A DNA stretch of 64,000 nucleotides from a candidate division WOR-1 bacterium RIFOXYB2_FULL_37_13. GTDB lineage: Bacteria > Margulisbacteria > WOR-1 > XYC2-FULL-46-14 > XYC2-FULL-37-10. The stretch spans positions 1,386-65,385 of the forward strand of contig MEUB01000007.1 in the NCBI GenBank assembly GCA_001771535.1, given 5' to 3'. How positions within the stretch are numbered: the first letter of the stretch is position 1; the number at the start of each line of letters is the position of its first letter. The notes beneath the pieces are model-generated. The model saw nothing but the letters and a program-made list of their open reading frames with translations, was not told the DNA's origin and did not search any database. Positions 18,737-27,036 of the stretch are shown in pieces. A program made the position numbers and the translations under genes.

Positions 18737-19939
18737 ATGACAAGTCAAATATACGGAGGAGTTCGGTTGCTTGATACTAGGTTTTCGACCCCAGTAGAAA
18801 AAAAAGAATCAGATCCATTAGAAGATATGCTCGCCGAGCTTGAAAAGGCACTCCCTAAGGAAGGAGATCAACTGCCAACAGCCAACGGGAAGAACCCGGA
18901 AAAAATAAATGGCAACGCCTTAGCTCAAGCTGAAACAACATTAGAAAAAGCCATAGAATTTTACAATAAAAAATATTCTCTTCTTCCAGAAATTAGCAGG
19001 GATCCTTCACTGCTAGCAATGCTGGCAACATATCAAAAAAGATTGGGGATACAATATGATTTAAGAGGCAGAACGAAAGAAGCAATTGCTTGCTATAAAC
19101 AAGCTTATGAGCTTGGCAACTATTCAGCTCCAGCAATCGCGGGAAGAATACAAAGATTAAGAATGGCTCAAGCAGATGAGAGGTACAACGAAATAGAAAG
19201 AGAGCATAATGTCTTACTCGCAGAGCGTTTATCTAAACAAAAAAACGAACCAGAATCAGGCTTAACCGAAGAAGCAATTGCAAGGCTTGGCGATACTGTA
19301 GCACGTAGTAGAATTCGCATGCTTGGCTCATTGCCTCCAACACAAGCATCAGCAGCCACCACAGCTTCACTAAAAATACCCGAAGCCGTAGCAAAAAGAG
19401 AACCAAAAACACCACCACCTCCTCCCCTAACAATGGTTCCCGGTCCGGAAATCAGCGCAGAAAGAGTCAGTAAAGTACCACGAGAACCAAGAAGGACTGA
19501 CGAGTCACAAGCTCTCCCTACTTTCGAATCAGGAAGAAGACCATCTGTTTTACCAAATATAGCAACTGTTGCAAACGCAGGAACAATAACAATTGATATA
19601 TCAGCAAACAACGTATTAACAGATGCGGCAAATAAATTAAATTTACAGATAAAAACACGGCTTCTTCCAAACATAAGAGACGTCTCGTTAATTCCTATTA
19701 CATTAACATGCGTTGTAGAATTAAAAGATGGCAACTACTATCTGAGGACAAAAAGCATTAAACCGGGGAGTGACATGGATTCATTCAGTCAAACTATAAT
19801 AAAGGCAAATAGCAGGAATGTCTATTCTGCCTTGCTTGGAAATCAAGAAAAAGCAGATGAAATCATTCAGGCGATTGCGGATAATGCTACTATTGATATT
19901 AACAACGGAACACAGTTGATAGAATTTATTTATAAATAG
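18737..19939 (+). CDS. Orphan protein with TPR-like segment and Pro-rich linker
   Basis: ORF opens at 18719, but GGGAGG at 18720-18725 favours the ATG at 18737 (MTSQIYGG..). No signal peptide. Contains KTPPPPPLTMVPGPE. Confidence 0.6.
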   Translation: MTSQIYGGVRLLDTRFSTPVEKKESDPLEDMLAELEKALPKEGDQLPTANGKNPEKINGNALAQAETTLEKAIEFYNKKYSLLPEISRDPSLLAMLATYQKRLGIQYDLRGRTKEAIACYKQAYELGNYSAPAIAGRIQRLRMAQADERYNEIEREHNVLLAERLSKQKNEPESGLTEEAIARLGDTVARSRIRMLGSLPPTQASAATTASLKIPEAVAKREPKTPPPPPLTMVPGPEISAERVSKVPREPRRTDESQALPTFESGRRPSVLPNIATVANAGTITIDISANNVLTDAANKLNLQIKTRLLPNIRDVSLIPITLTCVVELKDGNYYLRTKSIKPGSDMDSFSQTIIKANSRNVYSALLGNQEKADEIIQAIADNATIDINNGTQLIEFIYK

Positions 19940-19996
19940 AATTTCACAATTAATCGATGATCGAACAAAAAGAGCTGCTTTTAAGCCTGCCGTTAG

Positions 19997-20024
19997 TTGA
20001 CTTTTCAGGGCCAAAGACTATAAT
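19997..20024 (+). promoter_or_regulatory. Near-consensus sigma-70 promoter (TTGACT-N16-TATAAT)
   Basis: TTGACT 19997-20002 and TATAAT 20019-20024, upstream of the 385-aa gene. RBS GGGAGGGCGG. Confidence 0.6.
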
Positions 20025-20057
20025 TATTTTTATAGTATCTTCCAGGGAGGGCGGTAA

Positions 20058-21215
20058 ATGATACAACCAATTCCAATTGGTACACAACAAACTTCTTATC
20101 CGCGCAAACAGGAAGAAATCGCGTTTGAAACCCCTCAGGATTCAGCCATTACAGAAGATTTGTACGAAGTAACCCCTACACTGGTTGATTTTGTAAAAGA
20201 AATAATTTCAACATCCCGCATAACAAATAAAGAACAGTTGGCAAGAATACTTGTTATACACATAATCCCGCCAAGAAGTTCATTTAAAGTCAATGGCAAA
20301 AGATTTATTGGATCGCCCGTAGGCTTAAATCTGCAATTTGTCCTTTATTCGTCAAATCCAAAAGGCGAGGGAAGAACAAAGTTCGGTTTTTTTACCCCTA
20401 CAGAAATAATAAAAGCCCGGCAACAAGGTATTCTCGTAGAAACCGAATGCATGGAAGCAGCTGCTTTACTGACAACCCTATACAGGATAGGAGCTTGCGT
20501 TTTGGATAATAAAAATCCATATACCGCCGGCAGAGATGAAAAACTTGCCCACTTAGAAATAAACAGAAAAAGAACACATTCCTGGCCTGTAATAAATTTA
20601 CGAGTTGGGGATGAAAATAAATGGGTTAAAATAGATCTGACAAAAGAAGCTTTCAAGTTTGAACCGACAAGACAGAGGCTTAAAGCTTCAAAAAGCTTAT
20701 CCCCTAAAGAGGCATCACGCGAGCAACTAATTTCAGCCGCCTACCTTTTTTTGTTTCAAGAAAATCAGGAAAGGATGCTTAGCTGCTTAAAGGCCGCCTA
20801 TTCTTTGGACCCGTCAGATAAAAAAACAAAAGAAAAATACTTGGAGGCTCTCATGGCAAGCGGACTCACGGCTTTTACAAAAGGGGCTCTTGATACTTCC
20901 TATTCCTGCTACACACAAGCATATTCATTAAACCCTTATAACCCTGAAATTTTAATAAATATCGCAAATATCCTGGCAGAACAAAAAAATTATCAGGGGG
21001 CAATGCTTGCCTATGCAAACGCCGTAAACAGGTTAAACACGGGGCTGCTTACCTGGGAAAAAAGAAAATTACTGGGAATTGCTCACAAAAATATGGGCAC
21101 AATAAAAGAAAATCTGGGAGAAAAGAACGAAGCTGTTGAATATTATATGATGGCCGCTTCTTTTGGCAATAAAATTGCAGCTCAAAGACTTTCTGAAATA
21201 ACTCCACGCGAATAA
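20058..21215 (+). CDS. Putative transglutaminase-like cysteine protease core fused to C-terminal TPR repeats
   Basis: The spacing TECMEAAALLTTLYRIGAC .. AHLEI .. KWVKIDLT resembles the Cys-His-Asp arrangement of transglutaminase-like enzymes. The C-terminal approximately 130 aa are TPR. Confidence 0.45.
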   Translation: MIQPIPIGTQQTSYPRKQEEIAFETPQDSAITEDLYEVTPTLVDFVKEIISTSRITNKEQLARILVIHIIPPRSSFKVNGKRFIGSPVGLNLQFVLYSSNPKGEGRTKFGFFTPTEIIKARQQGILVETECMEAAALLTTLYRIGACVLDNKNPYTAGRDEKLAHLEINRKRTHSWPVINLRVGDENKWVKIDLTKEAFKFEPTRQRLKASKSLSPKEASREQLISAAYLFLFQENQERMLSCLKAAYSLDPSDKKTKEKYLEALMASGLTAFTKGALDTSYSCYTQAYSLNPYNPEILINIANILAEQKNYQGAMLAYANAVNRLNTGLLTWEKRKLLGIAHKNMGTIKENLGEKNEAVEYYMMAASFGNKIAAQRLSEITPRE

Positions 21216-21312
21216 ACAGGCCAAATGTCGACTTATTTCCGCAAGATTTTTCCCCTTCAAAACGATATATATAACAGGAGAGTTTTCTTGAATCTAAAGG
21301 GCAACTCTAGGA

Positions 21313-21340
21313 TGAAATAAAGCGCCATTTTTTTCGATAT
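21313..21340 (+). promoter_or_regulatory. TGAAAT-N14-TTCGATAT bipartite promoter-like motif
   Basis: TGAAATAAAGCGCCATTTTTTTCGATAT, 18 nt upstream of the ATG at 21358. Confidence 0.45.
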
Positions 21341-21357
21341 ATATGCAGGAGTTTTAG

Positions 21358-24300
21358 ATGGTTAACAATGATATTTCTATAGAAACTTTAAAAAACAACG
21401 GAATAATTCCCAAGCATGATAATGGGCTCGCTCCCGTTGGGACAGCAGGAGAAGACAGGTCTCAAGATAACAACCCTGAAAGAGAAGCTTTGTCCATCTT
21501 TGATTCAGCAAACATATCAGACACAGCACAAAAATCAAAATTAACTGCCGAAGAAATGGCAAAAAATCAAACAATCAGTGATTCAAGAAATGCTTTGCTT
21601 TCATTTAGTTATATTTCGGTGTATGACGAAAAAACTCACCAATATAAATTGGTGCCAAACTACGACACAGCCCCCAAAGATTTAAAATCAATAAAAAGCT
21701 GGGAAGAGAGCGCCAATAAAGCACTGCATGCCGCAAAAAGACTGAAGACAGATAACAAAGAAGTTGAAGAGATACGGTTTTTGGCAGAACGTCAAAAAAC
21801 AGTAGCAGAAGCTTTTAGGGCTTATTATAAAGGGAACTACAAAAAAACCGCCAGACTGTTTGAAAAAATACCTGAAAAAACAAGAAATGTTGAAATCCTG
21901 CAGGCAATGAATACCTGTTATTCGCGAATTGGAAATAAGCTTTTGGCAGACAAAACTTTTGACGCGCTGCAAAAAGCGGTTGCAACAAGAGAAAAAGTTG
22001 CGCGAGATCCAACATGGAGAATTATTCCGGAGGTTCCGATAGAACCCATTGCACAAGACAGAGGAGAAATACGGCTTGCAGAAAAAGCAATCATTAAAAA
22101 CCCGGCCATCGAAGCCAAGGCAAAACTGATAGCCGCAACAAAAAATAACAAAATACTTGAAGATGAAGAAGTTTTAAGGGATATTATTTTATCAGAAATT
22201 AAAGGGGCTTCAGAAGAATTAGCCACTCAAAGAAAAGAACTCACGGCGGGTAAAAGCGAGGATCCTGACATTCCAAGAATTTCTATAGAAAATCTTCAAG
22301 CAAGAATAACAACCGACGTTAAAATCATCGCAGACTATTATAAAAAAACAGCCGATACGCTTATTTATGCCGATGTTTATTATTTGGCAGCTCAAAATAT
22401 AAAAGATCCGCAACTTGCATCTGTTTTCCTTCAAAAACATTACGAAATAAAAACACCTTATGTAGCCCGCCTGGTTGAATTCAGGCTAATTACTACAAAC
22501 GAAGGAAAACAAAAATGTCCGCAAGGAAGCCTACTGCCAACAATTGGCAACAGAGAGGAAGCTGAAGCAATAATAGAAGACGCAGCGTCTGTCCTGGAAC
22601 TAACAAGCACGCTTTCTGAAGATAATCCGGATATCTATTTTTACAGAACAGTAGCAAAGGCTCATATAAAACTCGCAGAAATATATAAGAAACTTGACAG
22701 CGGAGACACAAATGGGACATTAATTGATCTTTTTGCCATGCTTGAAGAGCATAAAAACGATCCGGCTATATACCAGGCAATCTCACAATGCTATCAGGCA
22801 GAAAAAACAGAATCAGGAAAAGTACTTGCTGATTATTATAAAAACAAGGCTCAAGGGAAAAACACGGAAGAAAGCGTAAAACTATTGAGGCAAAAGCCAA
22901 CGATAAACGATTTTTCCACCGCGTATTCATCTCTGTTTGGTTATGAAACTACTCCGAAAACAGGATATATTTATGCCCTCCCTGAAATAAGCAATTTACA
23001 AACAGCATACGCTATCAGAAGTAATGCAATAGAAGTTGGAGATATTGCGCTTGCAGTTCCAGAAACATCAGGAAATGGCATTGATTTTGCGCTGGTAAAC
23101 AGGCTTTACGCAGAAGGAAATATCGCTTATTACAAAGGAGATTATGCCGCTGCGATTAATTCTTTTAATGATACGCTGGCTGTTTTTGAAAGCAGCTATT
23201 TACCCCCTCCAACAAATTATTCAATTTATAGGGATATGGCGGACTGTTATGAAAAAACCGGAGATACCGCAAACGCCCTTGTTGCATACGCAAAAGCAGA
23301 AAAACTATCCGAAAATTATACGGCCGAAGCTGACTGCCGGCAAAAGATAGAGTCATTAACAGAAAGAATTATAAACTCCGAAAATTTAAGCGTTCTTATC
23401 GAAAACAGAATGTTTTATACAAGAGAAGGAACTCCAAAATATATTTTAGATGATTCAACTCTCCCATATCCCAGAACAACCAAAGAAATAAATGAATTCA
23501 TAGAAGATTTAAGCTACGCCCTTGCATTGATAAAAACTCTTCCGGCAGGCAATCAACTATATGCATACGCAAAACCAATTGAAAAACAAATTGAATTTTT
23601 AAACATATGTCAAACTTTTTATCTGGGAGATGGGGAATCCGCGAAAATAAAACTTTTCGCGCTGCTTTCAGAAAAAAAAGATCCCGCCATATACAAAATG
23701 CTTGCTCAGTATTACCACCAAAGCAACGATCCTTACGGAGAAGTTATTGCCGCTTATTACAATGAAAAAGCGGAAGATTTTGGAAATATTTCAAGTTTAA
23801 CAGGACCCGCAGAAGTCGACCCTGATAAAATGCTAATCGCGCTAAGATCATTAATAGGATTTGCTCCCGAAATCGCCGGATTTACTCTTCCAAGCATAGC
23901 AAATGAACTGGAGGCAAAGGCAATGCAGGCAAATGCGGGGGAAGTGCTGGAAATGCTTGGATATTCATCTGAAGATTTAAGCAATATGTTAAACGTCGTG
24001 CAACTTAATCTGTATTACTCAACAGGTTGGATAAATCTTCATAACGGAAGTTACCGCGAAGCTGAAAAAAGCTTTCAAAATATAACAAAAGATACCATGC
24101 TGTCACTTATATTAACCTCCAATCATTGGCAGACAATCGCAGCCTGTTACGAAAAAGCCGGTAATAAGGAAGAAGCCCTCGCAGCTTATAAAAAGGCTGA
24201 AGAGATGGCGCAGGACAACGAAACAATGGTGGCAATGCAGACAGAAATTGACCGTTTAAGCAAACAAGGTGTTCGTTATCCCCAAATAGTGGATGCAAAA

Positions 24301-24360
24301 AAATCAGTTGCCCCTCCTAATGATAAAGAGTCTCTGCCTCAAACAGCAAAAAAACCTTAA
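21358..24360 (+). CDS. 1000-aa orphan TPR protein with internally duplicated approximately 300-aa module
   Basis: No signal peptide. Two collinear modules: ..NDPAIYQAISQCYQ..ADYYKNKA.. and ..KDPAIYKMLAQYYH..AAYYNEKA... Each is followed by a TPR pair ending ..CYEKTGDT/CYEKAGNK. Confidence 0.7.
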   Translation: MVNNDISIETLKNNGIIPKHDNGLAPVGTAGEDRSQDNNPEREALSIFDSANISDTAQKSKLTAEEMAKNQTISDSRNALLSFSYISVYDEKTHQYKLVPNYDTAPKDLKSIKSWEESANKALHAAKRLKTDNKEVEEIRFLAERQKTVAEAFRAYYKGNYKKTARLFEKIPEKTRNVEILQAMNTCYSRIGNKLLADKTFDALQKAVATREKVARDPTWRIIPEVPIEPIAQDRGEIRLAEKAIIKNPAIEAKAKLIAATKNNKILEDEEVLRDIILSEIKGASEELATQRKELTAGKSEDPDIPRISIENLQARITTDVKIIADYYKKTADTLIYADVYYLAAQNIKDPQLASVFLQKHYEIKTPYVARLVEFRLITTNEGKQKCPQGSLLPTIGNREEAEAIIEDAASVLELTSTLSEDNPDIYFYRTVAKAHIKLAEIYKKLDSGDTNGTLIDLFAMLEEHKNDPAIYQAISQCYQAEKTESGKVLADYYKNKAQGKNTEESVKLLRQKPTINDFSTAYSSLFGYETTPKTGYIYALPEISNLQTAYAIRSNAIEVGDIALAVPETSGNGIDFALVNRLYAEGNIAYYKGDYAAAINSFNDTLAVFESSYLPPPTNYSIYRDMADCYEKTGDTANALVAYAKAEKLSENYTAEADCRQKIESLTERIINSENLSVLIENRMFYTREGTPKYILDDSTLPYPRTTKEINEFIEDLSYALALIKTLPAGNQLYAYAKPIEKQIEFLNICQTFYLGDGESAKIKLFALLSEKKDPAIYKMLAQYYHQSNDPYGEVIAAYYNEKAEDFGNISSLTGPAEVDPDKMLIALRSLIGFAPEIAGFTLPSIANELEAKAMQANAGEVLEMLGYSSEDLSNMLNVVQLNLYYSTGWINLHNGSYREAEKSFQNITKDTMLSLILTSNHWQTIAACYEKAGNKEEALAAYKKAEEMAQDNETMVAMQTEIDRLSKQGVRYPQIVDAKKSVAPPNDKESLPQTAKKP

Positions 24361-24362
24361 AA

Positions 24363-24390
24363 TGAAATTCGGCCTCTTTCTTGTCGATAT
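24363..24390 (+). promoter_or_regulatory. TGAAAT-N14-GTCGATAT bipartite promoter-like motif
   Basis: TGAAATTCGGCCTCTTTCTTGTCGATAT, 27 nt upstream of the ATG at 24417. Confidence 0.45.
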
Positions 24391-24416
24391 TGTTATAAGT
24401 ATAAGAAAAAAACCTT

Positions 24417-25079
24417 ATGGCCATTTCTAATTCTATTCTTAATAACAATGCAAACATACCTGCCAATACGATAAAGCTGGAACCAGCTTCTCCCCAAAAA
24501 CAACCTTATGATGCAATAGAGCTGGATCTTTCATCAAAAGATCCCAAACAAAGAGAGGCGGAAATTCTGGCTGTAAGAGGGAAAAATGCTCTTAACAATG
24601 GAGATCTGGCTAAAGCTCAAATCTTTTTTAAACAGTCTCTTGCCATTCGGCCAAATTATATTCCCGCGATTTTTTTTATGGCAATGATAATGGATATGCG
24701 GGGACATTACGGAGATGCTGTGAAATTATATGAAAAAATAATACAATGTTCGGACAAGCCCGGATTTGTATCCGCTGCCAAAAAAAATATGGGGCAAATA
24801 TTTTTTGCTATGGGTAATTTTAATTATAAAAAAGAAGATTATGCCGCAGCTCTTTTCTATTATGCGAAAGCAACGACAGCTGATCCTAATTTTGCGGAAG
24901 CGTGGAACAATAAAGGGGTCGCGCATTTAAAGTTAAATCAATATCAAGAGGCGATAGAATCACTTGACAAAGCAATAAAGCTTAACTGTGATGAAGCTTT
25001 AAGCAATAAAGATATTGCCATAAGACTAAAAGAAATTTCAGAAGGGATTTATTCTTCGACCATCGTCCCAATGCCGTGA
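24417..25079 (+). CDS. TPR repeat protein (220 aa)
   Basis: Low-complexity N-terminus followed by 3-4 canonical TPRs (AEAWNNKGVAHLKLNQYQEAIESLDKAIKL). The 3' end overlaps argB convergently by 31 nt. Confidence 0.7.
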   Translation: MAISNSILNNNANIPANTIKLEPASPQKQPYDAIELDLSSKDPKQREAEILAVRGKNALNNGDLAKAQIFFKQSLAIRPNYIPAIFFMAMIMDMRGHYGDAVKLYEKIIQCSDKPGFVSAAKKNMGQIFFAMGNFNYKKEDYAAALFYYAKATTADPNFAEAWNNKGVAHLKLNQYQEAIESLDKAIKLNCDEALSNKDIAIRLKEISEGIYSSTIVPMP

Positions 25080-25918
25080 TCGGTAAATATTTCAAGAAGT
25101 ATCGCGTGAGGGATGCGTCCGTCAATTATATGGACTTTTTCTACTCCGTTTTTAATCGCATCCAGGCTTGATTTGATTTTAGGTATCATCCCACCGGAAA
25201 TGTGCCCCAATTTTATCATCCTGTCCGCCTTATCGGAATTGACAGAAGAGACAAGTTCGCCATCCTTATCCAAAACTCCCCGCACATTTGTCATTAAAAT
25301 CAATTTGGCCGCCTTTAAATGGACGGCAACCGCTTCCGCAGCCTGATCGGCATTAATATTATAAGATTGGCCTTTGTTCCCCACCCCTATAGGAGATAAA
25401 ACCGGTATATAGCCTATTTTCATCCATTTCTGCAGAAACCTGTATCTAATTCCGGCAACATCACCGGTAAAGCCAATGTCTATTGGCTCTCCCTTTTTAT
25501 TCTTTGCCAAATGTTTCCGCGCCTTAATGACCCTTCCTTTTTTTCCGAAAAATCCTTTTGCCTTTCCACCGTTTTTCTTAATAAGCGAAACGATCTCGGC
25601 GTTTATCCTGTTTCCCAAAACATGTTCAACAACTTCCATCACTTCTTTTGTCGTAACGCGCAACCCGTGGACAAACTCTGTTTCTATGTTCCTGCGTTTT
25701 AAGAACCTGTTAATCTCAGGCCCGCCGCCATGGACAATAATCGGGTTCATCCCGGCATATTTTAAAAGGACAACATCACGCATAACCGCGTTTTTAAGCT
25801 CGGGGTTCTCCATAGCCGCCCCGCCATATTTTATGACAATAGTTTTACCGCTGAATTTTATCAGGTACGGCAAAGCTTCCATTACCGTCGCGGCACGTTT
25901 AATTAAATGAGTAAACAT
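25049..25918 (-). CDS. argB: Acetylglutamate kinase
   Basis: GKTIVIKYGGAAM, IIVHGGGPEI and the amino-acid kinase fold pattern. Confidence 0.92.
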   Translation of the reverse strand: MFTHLIKRAATVMEALPYLIKFSGKTIVIKYGGAAMENPELKNAVMRDVVLLKYAGMNPIIVHGGGPEINRFLKRRNIETEFVHGLRVTTKEVMEVVEHVLGNRINAEIVSLIKKNGGKAKGFFGKKGRVIKARKHLAKNKKGEPIDIGFTGDVAGIRYRFLQKWMKIGYIPVLSPIGVGNKGQSYNINADQAAEAVAVHLKAAKLILMTNVRGVLDKDGELVSSVNSDKADRMIKLGHISGGMIPKIKSSLDAIKNGVEKVHIIDGRIPHAILLEIFTDHGIGTMVEE

Positions 25919-27036
25919 TATGTATGATACCTTGCGTTAATTTTTATATATCCTTCGGTTAAATCACAACCCCAGGCAAAAGATTCCGATGCGCCCGCAC
26001 CAAGGTCGCAAATAATTATCGCTTCTTTTTTTAGGAATTTCATTGATGTCGTAATTTTTTCAGGATTAATTTTGGCGCCAGTCGCTCCAACTGCCGCCAA
26101 AATGCGGCCCGGATTGTTGTCGTTGCCATAAACAGCGCATTTTAATAAATCAGATCCAGCAATGGCGCGAGCGGCGATTTTAGCTTCTTTTTCATTACGC
26201 GCCCCTGTCACTTTTACCGTTATAAGCTTTGTAGCTCCTTCTCCATCACGCGCGATTTCCCGTGCCAGATACTTGCAGACAAATTCAACAGCTTCTGAGA
26301 ATTCCCGCATATTAGAGTTGTCGATCTTTATGTTCGAAAGCCCATTGGCAAGAATAAAAACACAGTCGTTTGTCGACATGCATTGGTCAACAGTTGTCAT
26401 GTTAAAAGAGATATCCACCGCTCTTTTCAACACAGACTGAAGATTTTTTTTGTCTATTAACGCGTCAGTTGTTATAAAAGCATGCATTGTGGCCATATTT
26501 GGATGGATCATTCCAGATCCCTTTGCAATGCCACCCACAAAAAAATCCCCGACTTTAACTGCAATTTCTTTTTTTCTAAGATCAGTCGTCATGATAGCAT
26601 CGGCAGCAGAAGAGCTTCCGTTTTTTGAAAGTTTTTTAACAAGGAGTGGCATCCCATGTATTATTTTTGACATAGGCAAAACCTCCCCTATCTTGCCTGT
26701 AGATGTAACAAGAACATGGTTTGATTTAATATTTAATGCCTTTGCGATACTGCTTGCAGTTTTCCTTGCATCCAAAATCCCCTGCTCGCCTGTGCCGCAA
26801 TTTGCGTTTCCCGCGTTCGCAATAACAGCCTGACATAATCCTGACTTAATATTTTCTTCCGAGACAATAATGGGTGCAGCCTTGTATTGGTTTGTAGTAA
26901 AAACTCCCGCCGCAACTGCCGGCACATCGGAACAAACAAGAGCCAAATCTTTTTTGCCTGACTTTTTTATTCCGCACGCAATCCCTGAAGCCTTAAATCC
27001 GCGAGGCGCTGTGATTCCACCTTTTGTTTTTTTCAT
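25918..27036 (-). CDS. argJ: Bifunctional ornithine acetyltransferase / N-acetylglutamate synthase
   Basis: Autoprocessing-site motif PNMATMHAFITTDA, GFKASGIACGIKK, C-terminal ..INARYHT. Confidence 0.9.
   Translation of the reverse strand: MKKTKGGITAPRGFKASGIACGIKKSGKKDLALVCSDVPAVAAGVFTTNQYKAAPIIVSEENIKSGLCQAVIANAGNANCGTGEQGILDARKTASSIAKALNIKSNHVLVTSTGKIGEVLPMSKIIHGMPLLVKKLSKNGSSSAADAIMTTDLRKKEIAVKVGDFFVGGIAKGSGMIHPNMATMHAFITTDALIDKKNLQSVLKRAVDISFNMTTVDQCMSTNDCVFILANGLSNIKIDNSNMREFSEAVEFVCKYLAREIARDGEGATKLITVKVTGARNEKEAKIAARAIAGSDLLKCAVYGNDNNPGRILAAVGATGAKINPEKITTSMKFLKKEAIIICDLGAGASESFAWGCDLTEGYIKINARYHT

Noticed and set aside
19168-19734. 188-aa antisense ORF inside the 18737 gene; the same applies to the many 60-190-aa antisense ORFs inside tamB, dnaK, recJ, argJ and others
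   Set aside because: They lie fully within longer ORFs that have clear homology or a better coding pattern. They have low-complexity composition and no RBS.
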